In this document: piece after piece, positions 17,144-25,714 of the stretch | How the letters are laid out: the number at the start of each line of letters is the position of its first letter | How positions within the stretch are numbered: position 1 is the first letter of the stretch | Assembly (NCBI GenBank): GCA_050010235.1 | Contig: JBEKLK010000004.1 | Location: 1 to 41,237, forward strand | DNA from: Rhizomicrobium sp. | GTDB taxonomy: Bacteria > Pseudomonadota > Alphaproteobacteria > Micropepsales > Micropepsaceae | Direction of reading: 5' to 3' | DNA: 41,237 nucleotides | Made by a program: the position numbers and the translations under genes | The notes under the pieces: generated by a model | Seen by the model: the letters and a program-made list of their open reading frames with translations, nothing else | Databases searched by the model: none | What the model was told of the DNA's origin: nothing

Positions 17144-18574
17144 ATGTCATTGCCCACCCACCGCACCGCGCGCGAAATGCTGGCCGATCTCGTTGCGAAA
17201 CGCATCTCGGCCCGAGAACTGCTCGACGCCCATGTCGCGCGCAACGACGCGCTGGCCGCAAAACTGAACGCCGTGGTGGCGACCGATCTCTCTCGCGCGC
17301 GCAAGGACGCGCAAGCCATCGATGATGCCCGGGCGCGAGGCGAGGCCGTCGGCGCACTGGCCGGCATTCCCATGACCATCAAGGACGGCACGGATGTGGC
17401 CGGGATGCCGGCGACGTCGGGCAATCCCGCGCTCGCCAACCGGCCGAAGGATTGCGCCGACGCCGACGTCGTCAAAAGCGTGCGCCGCGAAGGCGCAATC
17501 GTCTGGGGCAAGACGAACGTGCCGCTGATGCTGGGCGATTTCCAAAGCTACAACGACATCTACGGCACAACCAACAATCCCTACGATCAAACGCGCGTGC
17601 CGGGCGGTTCGTCGGGAGGCGCGGCGGCTGCGTTGGCCTCCGGCATCACGCCGTTGGAAATCGGCTCGGACATCGGAGGTTCGCTGCGCCATCCGGCGAA
17701 TTTCTGCGGCGTGCTGGCGCTCAAGCCGACCTGGGGTGCATTGTCGTTGCGCGGACAGGTGCCGCCGCTGCCCGACAAATATGTCGACCTTGATCTGGGC
17801 GTGACGGGACCCATGGCGCGCAACGTGGGCGATTTGAGATTGTTGTGGAATGTGCTGCGCGGCTCCGCGGGCTTGGCGCGCCGCGACATCAAAGGCGCAC
17901 GCATTGCAGTGTGGGATGAAGAGCCGGGCTTTCCGCTCGGCGCCGAAGTGCGCGACGGCGTGAAGCGCGCCGCCGATGCGTTCGCGAATGCCGGCGCAGC
18001 TGTGGAGCGCGCGAAACTCCCCGTCGGCGGTGGCGAATTGATGGACACCTATTACGAACTTCTCGTCGCGGTTCTTGGCGCGACCTTTCCCAAAGAACTT
18101 TACGACAGCTTCCTTGCGCAACGCGCGCAGGATCTCGAAGCGACGCGCGGCGGCACGGAGCCGTTCGGCGCGGCGCTCTATCGCCTGCGCGCCACGGCGA
18201 GCTATCGCGATGTGCTGGCTGCGATGACGAAGCGCCAGGCGCTGAAAGACAAGCTTGCCGCGTTCCACGCCTCCGGCTGGGATATCATTCTCAGTCCGAT
18301 CTCGCCCGTACCCGCATTCCCGCACGACCATTCGCAACCGCAGATGGCCCGCACGCTCGACATGGACGGCACAAAAATCCCCTACATGACGATGCTGTGC
18401 TGGATCTCTTTGGCCACGGCGCTGCATAGCCCTGCGCTCGCCGTTCCCGCCGGACGGACCAGGTCGGGACTGCCGGTGGGTGTGCAACTGATCGGTCCGG
18501 GCGAAGACCGGCTGTTCGATTTCGCACATGTGCTGGAAGAGCGGCTTGGCGGCTTCAGCCCACCGGCGATTTGA
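17144..18574 (+). CDS. Amidase-signature family enzyme
   Basis: IKD, GKTN.P, GGSSGG and GSDIGGSLR (Ser-cisSer-Lys triad). ATG 17144 follows GGAGG. Confidence 0.93.
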   Translation: MSLPTHRTAREMLADLVAKRISARELLDAHVARNDALAAKLNAVVATDLSRARKDAQAIDDARARGEAVGALAGIPMTIKDGTDVAGMPATSGNPALANRPKDCADADVVKSVRREGAIVWGKTNVPLMLGDFQSYNDIYGTTNNPYDQTRVPGGSSGGAAAALASGITPLEIGSDIGGSLRHPANFCGVLALKPTWGALSLRGQVPPLPDKYVDLDLGVTGPMARNVGDLRLLWNVLRGSAGLARRDIKGARIAVWDEEPGFPLGAEVRDGVKRAADAFANAGAAVERAKLPVGGGELMDTYYELLVAVLGATFPKELYDSFLAQRAQDLEATRGGTEPFGAALYRLRATASYRDVLAAMTKRQALKDKLAAFHASGWDIILSPISPVPAFPHDHSQPQMARTLDMDGTKIPYMTMLCWISLATALHSPALAVPAGRTRSGLPVGVQLIGPGEDRLFDFAHVLEERLGGFSPPAI

Positions 18575-18596
18575 TCGCGCCACACGAGACTCTTTG

Positions 18597-18611
18597 CTGA
18601 CAATATGTCAT
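18597..18611. promoter_or_regulatory. Palindromic operator upstream of the LLM operon
   Basis: CTGACAATATGTCAT, 14 of 15 identical to 17071-17085. Confidence 0.65.
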
Positions 18612-18645
18612 AAAGCGGACATCCCGCTATCCCTGAGGCATTACC

Positions 18646-19827
18646 ATGACCATCAAGCTGAGAAACGGCATTTTCCTCGCGCCCTTCCATCCCGTCGACG
18701 AGGACCCGACGCTTTGCATCCAGCGCGATCTCGAATTGATCGAGCATCTTGATCGATTGGGTTACGAGGAAGCATGGGTGGGAGAGCATCATTCCGCCGG
18801 CTTCGAAATCATCGCGAGTCCGGAGCTGTTCATCGCGGCGGCGGCCGAGCGCACCAGGCGCATCCGGCTGGGCACAGGCGTGGTGTCCCTCCCCTACCAT
18901 CACCCGCTCACGGTCGCGAACCGGATGATCCAGCTCGATCACCAGACGCGCGGCCGCGTGATGTTCGGTGTCGGACCGGGCCTCCTGCCGTCGGATGCGT
19001 TCGCCATGGGCATCGATCCGGCGACGCAACGCGATCGCATGGTCGAATCGATCGAAGTGATCCTCAAGCTGTTCGGGGGCGAGCGCGTGACGCAGAAGAG
19101 CGACTGGTTCACCCTGGTCGATGCGACCAGCCAGCTACGCCCCTATAGCTGGCCGCACCCGGAAATCTGCGTCGCATCGAGCGTCACTCCGTCGGGCGGC
19201 AAACTCGCGGGCCGGCACGGTTTCGGCATGCTGTGCGTCGCGGCGACGCAATCGGGCGGCTATGACGCGCTCGGCATCAACTGGAAAATCGCCAACGACA
19301 CGGCGACCGAGCATGGCCGCAAGATGGATCCGGAACGGCTGCGGCTCGTCGGGCCCGTGCATATCGCCGAGACGCGCGAACAGGCGTTCAAGAATATCGA
19401 ATTCGGTTTCCATAAATGGCAGGACTATTTCGCGGGCATCAGCCCGGTGGCCGGCCGCGAGAATGCGGGGGGCCAGACGCCGGAAGACCTGGTCAAGGAA
19501 GGCGTGATCGTGGTGGGCACGCCCGACGACGCCATCACGCAGATCAAGCGCCTGCAGGCCAAGCAGGGCGAATTCGGCTGCTTCCTCCAACTCGCGCACA
19601 ATTGGGCCAATTTCGACGCGACAAAAAAATCCTACGATCTGTGGCAACGCCACGTGACGCCTGCGATCAATGGTGCGAATGTGGCCCGTGACACCGCCTA
19701 CAATTGGGCACGCGACAATCGCGACCGGTTCATGGCCGCGGCTATGGGCGCTGCCATGCAGACGATCCAGAAGCATCACGAAGAAGAGGCCCGCAAGGCG
19801 GGCGCCAACACAAAGGCTGCCGAGTGA
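18646..19827 (+). CDS. Luciferase-like (LLM) flavin-dependent monooxygenase, limonene 1,2-monooxygenase-like
   Basis: GIFLAPFH, W.GEHHS.G.E, IRLGTGV.SLPYH and G.GPG.LPSD. Confidence 0.88.
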   Translation: MTIKLRNGIFLAPFHPVDEDPTLCIQRDLELIEHLDRLGYEEAWVGEHHSAGFEIIASPELFIAAAAERTRRIRLGTGVVSLPYHHPLTVANRMIQLDHQTRGRVMFGVGPGLLPSDAFAMGIDPATQRDRMVESIEVILKLFGGERVTQKSDWFTLVDATSQLRPYSWPHPEICVASSVTPSGGKLAGRHGFGMLCVAATQSGGYDALGINWKIANDTATEHGRKMDPERLRLVGPVHIAETREQAFKNIEFGFHKWQDYFAGISPVAGRENAGGQTPEDLVKEGVIVVGTPDDAITQIKRLQAKQGEFGCFLQLAHNWANFDATKKSYDLWQRHVTPAINGANVARDTAYNWARDNRDRFMAAAMGAAMQTIQKHHEEEARKAGANTKAAE

Positions 19828-20273
19828 CCCCATTGAAATTCGAAGGCGGCTGCCATTGCGGCAATCTCACCTATGTATTCGAAGCGAGTTCTCCGCTCGA
19901 TCGGCTGGGGCTTCGCGCCTGCCAATGTCGCTTCTGCCGGGAACATGGCGCGCGCAACACCAGCGATCCGCAAGGCCATATGCGCATCGCGGTGCGCGAT
20001 CCGGAAAACCTCCGGCGCTACCGCTTTGCACTCAAGACGGCCGATTTCCTCATTTGTGCAGAGTGCGGCGTCTATATCGGCGCGGTGATGGCAGATGGAG
20101 ATGCGACCTGGATGAGCGTCAACGTCAACACCTTCACCGAACCGCCGCCGGTCAACCATCCTATCGTGCGGATGAACTTCGACGGTGAGGACGCGCAAGC
20201 CCGCCGCAACCGGCGCAAGGCGCGCTGGACACCCGTGGCGGAATTCCAGGAAGTCCCTGCGAAGGTGGCATGA
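19824..20273 (+). CDS. GFA/CENP-V family Zn-binding protein
   Basis: GGCHCG, C.C.FC and C.ECG; GTGA start/stop overlap with the LLM gene. Confidence 0.85.
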   Translation: MTPLKFEGGCHCGNLTYVFEASSPLDRLGLRACQCRFCREHGARNTSDPQGHMRIAVRDPENLRRYRFALKTADFLICAECGVYIGAVMADGDATWMSVNVNTFTEPPPVNHPIVRMNFDGEDAQARRNRRKARWTPVAEFQEVPAKVA

Positions 20274-20794
20274 CGACGGCGCTTGTCGTGATCGATGTGC
20301 AGCAGGGCATGTTCGCCATGCCCGATTTCCAGCCCTATGACGGCGAGGCGGTGGTGGACCGCATTGCCGGATTGATCGCGAAGGCACGTGCGAGCGGCGC
20401 GGCGGTGTTCTTCGTGCAGCACGATGGCGGCCCCGACGATCCGTTTCATCCCGGCAAGCCCGGTTTTCCGTTTCACCCGAAGCTCACTCCGCGCACTGGC
20501 GACGACGTGACCGTCAAGCATCACGGCAGCGCGTTTCACGACACCGATCTCGATACGAAACTGCGCAAGGCGGGAATCGACACACTGGTGATCACGGGCA
20601 TGCAATCGGAATATTGCGTCGATGCCGCGGTGCGCAGCGCACACGAGCACCACTACAACGTGGTTTTGGTGTCCGACGGACATTCGACGGGCGATACAAG
20701 GGTGATGAAGGCGAAAGACATCATCGCCCATCACAACGAAACGCTGGGCGGAAGCTATGCGACCGTGAAGCCGGCGGCGGAGATCGGGTTTTAG
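20270..20794 (+). CDS. Isochorismatase-family cysteine hydrolase
   Basis: IDVQ, K...SAF and G..SEYCV (Asp-Lys-Cys triad); ATGA overlap. Confidence 0.9.
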   Translation: MTTALVVIDVQQGMFAMPDFQPYDGEAVVDRIAGLIAKARASGAAVFFVQHDGGPDDPFHPGKPGFPFHPKLTPRTGDDVTVKHHGSAFHDTDLDTKLRKAGIDTLVITGMQSEYCVDAAVRSAHEHHYNVVLVSDGHSTGDTRVMKAKDIIAHHNETLGGSYATVKPAAEIGF

Positions 20795-20806
20795 GTTCGT
20801 GGGGCC

Positions 20807-22597
20807 CTAAAACTTCATCCGGCCGTTCTTGATCTCGTCGTAGCGCGCCTTGTCGAGCGGGACGTAGCGCAGGGTCTCCGGATCGAGCACGTAAAGCGGA
20901 TCCGGGATCGTGTCGGGATCGAAGCCTTCCTTCACCAGTTCGACTTTGCGCTGCTTGAAGGTGCCGGTGATCTCCATTTCGGGCTGTAGCCGGAGGAACA
21001 CGGGACGCGCATAGGCCGGGAGGTTGCGGCCGAGTTTCTGCGCGAGGCTCGTCACGTCGAACCCGGGCGCGACCACGAGCGACGCCATGCCCGCCCGCCC
21101 GTCGCGGCCCGGAACGGCCACGCCATACACATTGGCTTCCTTGATGCCGTCGATCACGCCCAGCGCTTCCGACACTTCGCTGGTCGCCACGTTCTCGCCT
21201 TTCCAGCGGAACGTGTCTCCAATGCGATCGACGAAATAGAAATAGCCGAGCGCGTCGCGCTTCATCAGATCGCCGGTGCGGAACCACGCGTCGCAGGCGG
21301 CAAACACATTGCGCAGGATCTTCTTCTCGGTGTCGGCGGCGCGCGAATAGCCTTCGAAGCTCTTGCCGGGCTCGTCCAGGATCTGGCCGATCGCCTCCCC
21401 CGCTTCGCCGGGGGCGCATTCGATGCAGAAGCCGTCCGGTCCGCGTACCGGTATCTCGCCTTCGATGTCGAACCGCACGATGCGGGTGGTGACGATCTTG
21501 CGCATGTAATTCGGCACGCGGCCCACCGCGCCCACCTTGCCGTCGTAATTGAGCATCGAGACATTGCCTTCGGTGGCGCCGTAGAACTCGATGATCTTGG
21601 GAATCGCGAAACGTTCCTGGAAAATGGGCCAGATTTCGGGCCTCAGTCCGTTACCGGTGATGGCACGCAGATGGTGCGCCCGCTCATCGGGGCTGTGTGG
21701 CGCGTTCAAAAGATAGCGGCACAACTCGCCGATATATTGAAAGAAGGTGGGGCGGTATTTGACGCAATCGCTCCAGAATTCCTGCGCGGAAAATTTGCGC
21801 CGCAGAACGAGCGCGCCGCCCGCCGTCAGCGCGGTTCCGACAGCGCAGATGCCGCCCGCGGAATGATAGAGCGGCAGGACATTGTACATCCGGTCAGTGG
21901 TCTGCGCGTTCAGCGCGCCGGAGAAGCCGTACATCATAAACAGCATGCGCATATGGCTGATGTTCGCGGCCTTGGGCAGGCCGGTCGTGCCGGACGTGAA
22001 GATGTAGAATGCCTTGTCCTTGCACGTGACGCCTGCGCGCCAGGCCGGATCGGCAGGCGCCGGCGAAGCCGCGGCCAGCGCCCGATCCAGATCTTCGCAA
22101 CCCTCGACAGGTCGGCCCGTCGCCCAGGCCGTGGGAGGATTGTCGATCTGCGCACGCGCTTCCGAATAGTTTTCGGCCAACTCGCTGCCAAGAATCAGAT
22201 GGCGCGCCGCGGCGACGCCTATCGAATGGGCGAGCGGAAACCCGCGCAGATTGGTGTTGATGAGGGCAACGACCGCGCCCAACTTCAAGAGCCCGAGCCA
22301 CGCGATCAGATATTCCGGACGGTTTTCCATCAGGAGCGCCACGACGTCGCCGCGACGGATGCCGACCGCAGCACCCCAATGGGCGTAGCGATTGGCGCCG
22401 CCCTCCAACTCGCCATAGGAGACAAGCCGGTCCTGGAAGAGAACGGCCGTGCTGGCGGGAGCCTTGCGCGCAAAGCCGGAGACGATATCCACGATGGTGA
22501 TCGGCGAATCCGGCTTCACATGGCGCATGCGCAGGAGCGAGCGCCCGATGCCCGTGATATAGGTGGCCTCGCGCGAGATACCTTCGAACAGCGTCAT
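20807..22597 (-). CDS. Long-chain acyl-CoA synthetase (FATP/FadD6-like)
   Basis: YIFTSGTTGLPKAA, YIGELCRYL, FYGATE and DR.GDTFRWKGENV. Start placed at ATG 22597. Confidence 0.92.
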   Translation of the reverse strand: MTLFEGISREATYITGIGRSLLRMRHVKPDSPITIVDIVSGFARKAPASTAVLFQDRLVSYGELEGGANRYAHWGAAVGIRRGDVVALLMENRPEYLIAWLGLLKLGAVVALINTNLRGFPLAHSIGVAAARHLILGSELAENYSEARAQIDNPPTAWATGRPVEGCEDLDRALAAASPAPADPAWRAGVTCKDKAFYIFTSGTTGLPKAANISHMRMLFMMYGFSGALNAQTTDRMYNVLPLYHSAGGICAVGTALTAGGALVLRRKFSAQEFWSDCVKYRPTFFQYIGELCRYLLNAPHSPDERAHHLRAITGNGLRPEIWPIFQERFAIPKIIEFYGATEGNVSMLNYDGKVGAVGRVPNYMRKIVTTRIVRFDIEGEIPVRGPDGFCIECAPGEAGEAIGQILDEPGKSFEGYSRAADTEKKILRNVFAACDAWFRTGDLMKRDALGYFYFVDRIGDTFRWKGENVATSEVSEALGVIDGIKEANVYGVAVPGRDGRAGMASLVVAPGFDVTSLAQKLGRNLPAYARPVFLRLQPEMEITGTFKQRKVELVKEGFDPDTIPDPLYVLDPETLRYVPLDKARYDEIKNGRMKF

Positions 22598-22629
22598 CGG
22601 CGATTCGTCCCTGTATCGAGGCGCGAGGA

Positions 22630-22899
22630 TTGGGTGGCGAACCCGTGTCGTCAAGACAGACGCATGCGACGGAATGTGAGGTTGTCGATCTGCGCGGATT
22701 GAAATGTCCGCTGCCGGCGCTTTTTGCCCGCCGCGCGCTCGAACGCAGCGGTGCCGGATCGACGATCGAGGTCCTGGCCGACGATCCCATGGCGATTATC
22801 GACGTGCCGCATATGTGCCGCCAGGAAGGCTATGAGGTGCTGTTGGCCGAACGGGCGGGCGACGAGTCGAGATTCCTGCTCAGGCACGCTGAGACATAG
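22630..22899 (+). CDS. TusA/SirA-family sulfur carrier
   Basis: DLRGLKCPLP (CPxP) and ADDP.A..D; exact start uncertain. Confidence 0.85.
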   Translation: MGGEPVSSRQTHATECEVVDLRGLKCPLPALFARRALERSGAGSTIEVLADDPMAIIDVPHMCRQEGYEVLLAERAGDESRFLLRHAET

Positions 22900-22927
22900 A
22901 GGCGAGTCGTCGCGGCGACTTGCCCTC
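22899..22927. terminator. Possible bidirectional hairpin between convergent genes
   Basis: Stem GGCGAGTCG / CGACTTGCC immediately after the TusA-like stop; no U-tract. Confidence 0.35.
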
Positions 22928-22943
22928 CTGCGTGCGGCCGAAA

Positions 22944-22962
22944 CCTTCGCCACAGCTTCGGC
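22944..22962. repeat. Single REP-like unit of the family nested at 8892-8956
   Basis: CCTTCGCCACAGCTTCGGC is 17 of 19 identical to the reverse complement of GCCGAAGCTTTAGCGAAGG in the 8.9-kb element. Confidence 0.55.
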
Positions 22963-22969
22963 TGGAGAT

Positions 22970-23563
22970 TCAGCTTTGGGCTTTGCGCAGTCCCGCCCAT
23001 GCAGCCGGAATATCCGTTGTAGGCATCCGCACGCCATGGCGTTTTCCATCGCTGCCCGGCGGAAACAGAATTTCGACTTCCTTGACCGCAATCATCAGTT
23101 TTTGGGCAGCAGGTCCGATCGCGACCGCCGCGACGCAGATGGTGCTGACGCACTGATAGACCGGAAGTCTGAATCCGGTCGCTCCCGCCTTCAGAACGAC
23201 GTCGTCGCCCTTGTTGGCCCAGGGCGGAAATCGCACAACCATGGCCAGCACGTTCGTCTTGCCCAGCGTGCGGAAGGCGACCGCCATGACAATCCGATCG
23301 CGATCGGTTCTGTCGTAAAAGGGAATGACTGTGCGGCAGCGTCCCAGCGCGTTCGCGTCGCCGGCCGAAGGTTGTGCCGTGGATTGCGAGGGCGGGCAGG
23401 TGAGAATCCACGGACCGAATTGCTTCTGGCCGACGAACCCCGGCGCCACCGCGGCAACGGTCGCGGAGCCCCGCGGAACGGGAATCGGAAAGTAGCGGGG
23501 CGCGAGATAAATCCCGGCGAGAAAAAGCGCCGCCAGGACAATGCCGGCAACAGTTTGCTTCAT
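22970..23563 (-). CDS. IalB (invasion-associated locus B)-like envelope protein
   Basis: N-terminal hydrophobic anchor, FG.W.L.C...C and Y..C....C pattern. Confidence 0.6.
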   Translation of the reverse strand: MKQTVAGIVLAALFLAGIYLAPRYFPIPVPRGSATVAAVAPGFVGQKQFGPWILTCPPSQSTAQPSAGDANALGRCRTVIPFYDRTDRDRIVMAVAFRTLGKTNVLAMVVRFPPWANKGDDVVLKAGATGFRLPVYQCVSTICVAAVAIGPAAQKLMIAVKEVEILFPPGSDGKRHGVRMPTTDIPAAWAGLRKAQS

Positions 23564-23639
23564 TGCAGAGTTCCAAATCTCCAAGAGCCCGGCGGGATCG
23601 GCCGCGTTCGTGCGTTAAGCCCGGACCCGGGATGTCTCG

Positions 23640-24164
23640 TCAATGGGATGGCGGCGGCGGAGCTGCAGAGGGTCCCAGCCGCTGGATGATGGACTGCGCA
23701 TTGATGGCGCGTGGTTCTTTTGCCGCCTGTGCATCGGTCAAGAGAACGATTTCGGCATAGGCCTGAAAGCGCGTGACCGGTTGGGTTTCCACTTCATCGT
23801 CGTAAGGCCAATTGTGCCAGTACCAACCAAAATGGGGTCGCGGGCCCCAGCCGATGAAATCGGACAAATAGGTCGTGTGCGCCTTGGTATCGCGCATATC
23901 GAACATGAAAGCGTCGGCTCCTGCCTGCACGGTGACCTGGGCGGCGCGCAGCAACAGGAAGTTTTCCACCGTTTCCCGGTCGGTGGCCGAACTGCCGGAA
24001 TAGGTCACGCGGTAGCGGTTCTGGTCGAGCTTCTCGTCCGTGTAACCCGTGGGATGCTCCGCGTCCTTGGGTCCGAAATAGGGTTGCTCGGGCGCGCAGG
24101 CGGAAACTGTCAGCCAGGCGAGCGCTGCTGCCGAGAAAACCAGTCGATTCACAGCTTTTTTCAT
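23640..24164 (-). CDS. Conserved lipoprotein (CC0125/CC1285-like)
   Basis: Lipobox VSAC; GY.D....NRYRVTY.G...T.RE.VE..LL.RAA. Confidence 0.75.
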   Translation of the reverse strand: MKKAVNRLVFSAAALAWLTVSACAPEQPYFGPKDAEHPTGYTDEKLDQNRYRVTYSGSSATDRETVENFLLLRAAQVTVQAGADAFMFDMRDTKAHTTYLSDFIGWGPRPHFGWYWHNWPYDDEVETQPVTRFQAYAEIVLLTDAQAAKEPRAINAQSIIQRLGPSAAPPPPSH

Positions 24165-24205
24165 GCCGGCACGATAGCAAGCGGCGGGAACATGGCATTT
24201 TCTAT

Positions 24206-24234
24206 TTGTAACTGACCGGTTAGTTACTTACAAT
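24206..24234 (+). promoter_or_regulatory. sigma70 promoter with overlapping TetR-type operator
   Basis: TTGTAA-17 nt-TACAAT ends 5 nt before ATG 24240. Near-perfect palindrome GTAACTGACCGGTTAGTTAC at 24208-24227. Confidence 0.7.
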
Positions 24235-24239
24235 TCCCC

Positions 24240-24890
24240 ATGCACACGGATATCGACACTCCCGCCCGGTGGCGGCGGCGCAAGGAGGCAAGGCCTCAGG
24301 AAATCCTGGATGCCGCCCTCATGGTGTTCGCCGAGAAGGGCTATGCATCCGCGCGCATGGACGACATCGCGGCGCGCGCCGGAGTCACCAAAGGGACGAT
24401 CTATCTCTATTTCGACGGCAAAGAAGCCGTCTTCAAAACGCTGGTGCGCGACTCCATCGGCGATACGTTGGGACGCGTTGCCGAGGCCGCTGGACGCTTC
24501 GAAGGCTCCGCGTCCGAACTCCTGCGCGGGATGCTGCGCACCATCGGACAATTCGTCTGCACCAGCGATCGGGTCGTATTGCCCAAGATCGTTATCGCCG
24601 AATTCGGCAATTTCCCCGAGCTGGCGCGTTTCTATCGCGACGAGGTGGTGGAGAAAGGCCTCACCGCTCTGGGCTCCGTCATTTCGCGAGGGGTCGCGCG
24701 CGGCGAATTCCGCGATATCGCACCCGAGCACGCCGCGCGGCTTTGCATCGCTCCCATTTTGCTGGCGGCCGTCTGGCGCACGACGTTTTCGCAAATCGAT
24801 TCCGAAGCCTACGACCTCGAAGGACTGATCGACACGCATATCGAGGTGCTGCTCAGAGGTCTCGCCTGCAGCGCGGAGGAAACACCATGA
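24240..24890 (+). CDS. TetR/AcrR-family transcriptional regulator
   Basis: HTH ILDAA..VF.EKGY....DDIA.RAGV.KGTIY.YF..KE. Confidence 0.95.
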   Translation: MHTDIDTPARWRRRKEARPQEILDAALMVFAEKGYASARMDDIAARAGVTKGTIYLYFDGKEAVFKTLVRDSIGDTLGRVAEAAGRFEGSASELLRGMLRTIGQFVCTSDRVVLPKIVIAEFGNFPELARFYRDEVVEKGLTALGSVISRGVARGEFRDIAPEHAARLCIAPILLAAVWRTTFSQIDSEAYDLEGLIDTHIEVLLRGLACSAEETP

Positions 24891-25714
24891 AACGATTGTC
24901 CCTCATTTTCCTCTTGCTGCTCGCGGCATGCGGCGATCACAAGCCGCCGGCATGGCTCGGTTACGGCGAAGGCGACTACTCGTTAATCGGTGCGCCGCAG
25001 CCCGGCTGGGTCACGCATCTCGCCGTGCAACGCGGACAGCCGGTCAAGCGCGGCGACTTTCTGTTCTCGCTCGACAACACGCATGAAACGGCCGTGCGCG
25101 ATCAGGCCGCAGCCAATCTTGCGCAAGCGAAAGCGGAACTCGCCCAGGAGCAGGCCAATAATGCGTACACACAGACCGAACTGAAACGGCAGACGGGACT
25201 CGCGAACGCTCGCGCGGGCGTGCCATCTACCTTCGATTCCACGCTCGCGGCGTTCCGCGAATCGCAGGCGCATATCGATCAACTCGAAGGACAGATCAGG
25301 CAGATGGAAGGCGCGCTCACCGACGCCCAATATCAGCTGTCGCAACGCCATATCGTGTCGCAGGTCGACGGCCAGGTGCAGGACATTTATTTCTTCCAGG
25401 GCGAATATGCGCCCGCTTCCACACCCGTCGTTTCCGTGCTGCCACCCGCAAATGTTTTTGTGCGTTTCTTCGTGCCCGAATCCGAATTCGCGCACGTCAA
25501 ACTCGGCCAGAACGTCGCGATCTCCTGCGACGGATGCGCGGCGAACCTGACGGCGAAAATCACTTTCATCGCCCAGCAGGAGGAATTCACTCCGCCGGTC
25601 ATCTTCAGCCTCGATAGCCGCCAAAAACTGGTGTTCAAACTTGAAGCGCGCGCGCCCGGCGGGTTGAAGCTCAATCCCGGCGAGCCCGTCGAAGTCCGGC
25701 CGCTCGGCACGTGA
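24887..25714 (+). CDS. HlyD-family membrane fusion lipoprotein (YbhG-like)
   Basis: Lipobox LAAC, coiled coil and EFTPP motif; ATGA overlap with tetR. Confidence 0.9.
   Translation: MKRLSLIFLLLLAACGDHKPPAWLGYGEGDYSLIGAPQPGWVTHLAVQRGQPVKRGDFLFSLDNTHETAVRDQAAANLAQAKAELAQEQANNAYTQTELKRQTGLANARAGVPSTFDSTLAAFRESQAHIDQLEGQIRQMEGALTDAQYQLSQRHIVSQVDGQVQDIYFFQGEYAPASTPVVSVLPPANVFVRFFVPESEFAHVKLGQNVAISCDGCAANLTAKITFIAQQEEFTPPVIFSLDSRQKLVFKLEARAPGGLKLNPGEPVEVRPLGT

Noticed and set aside
12741-18583. Long - strand ORFs (550, 542 and 478 aa) opposite the GST, esterase and amidase genes
   Set aside because: Antisense shadows with no recognisable domains.
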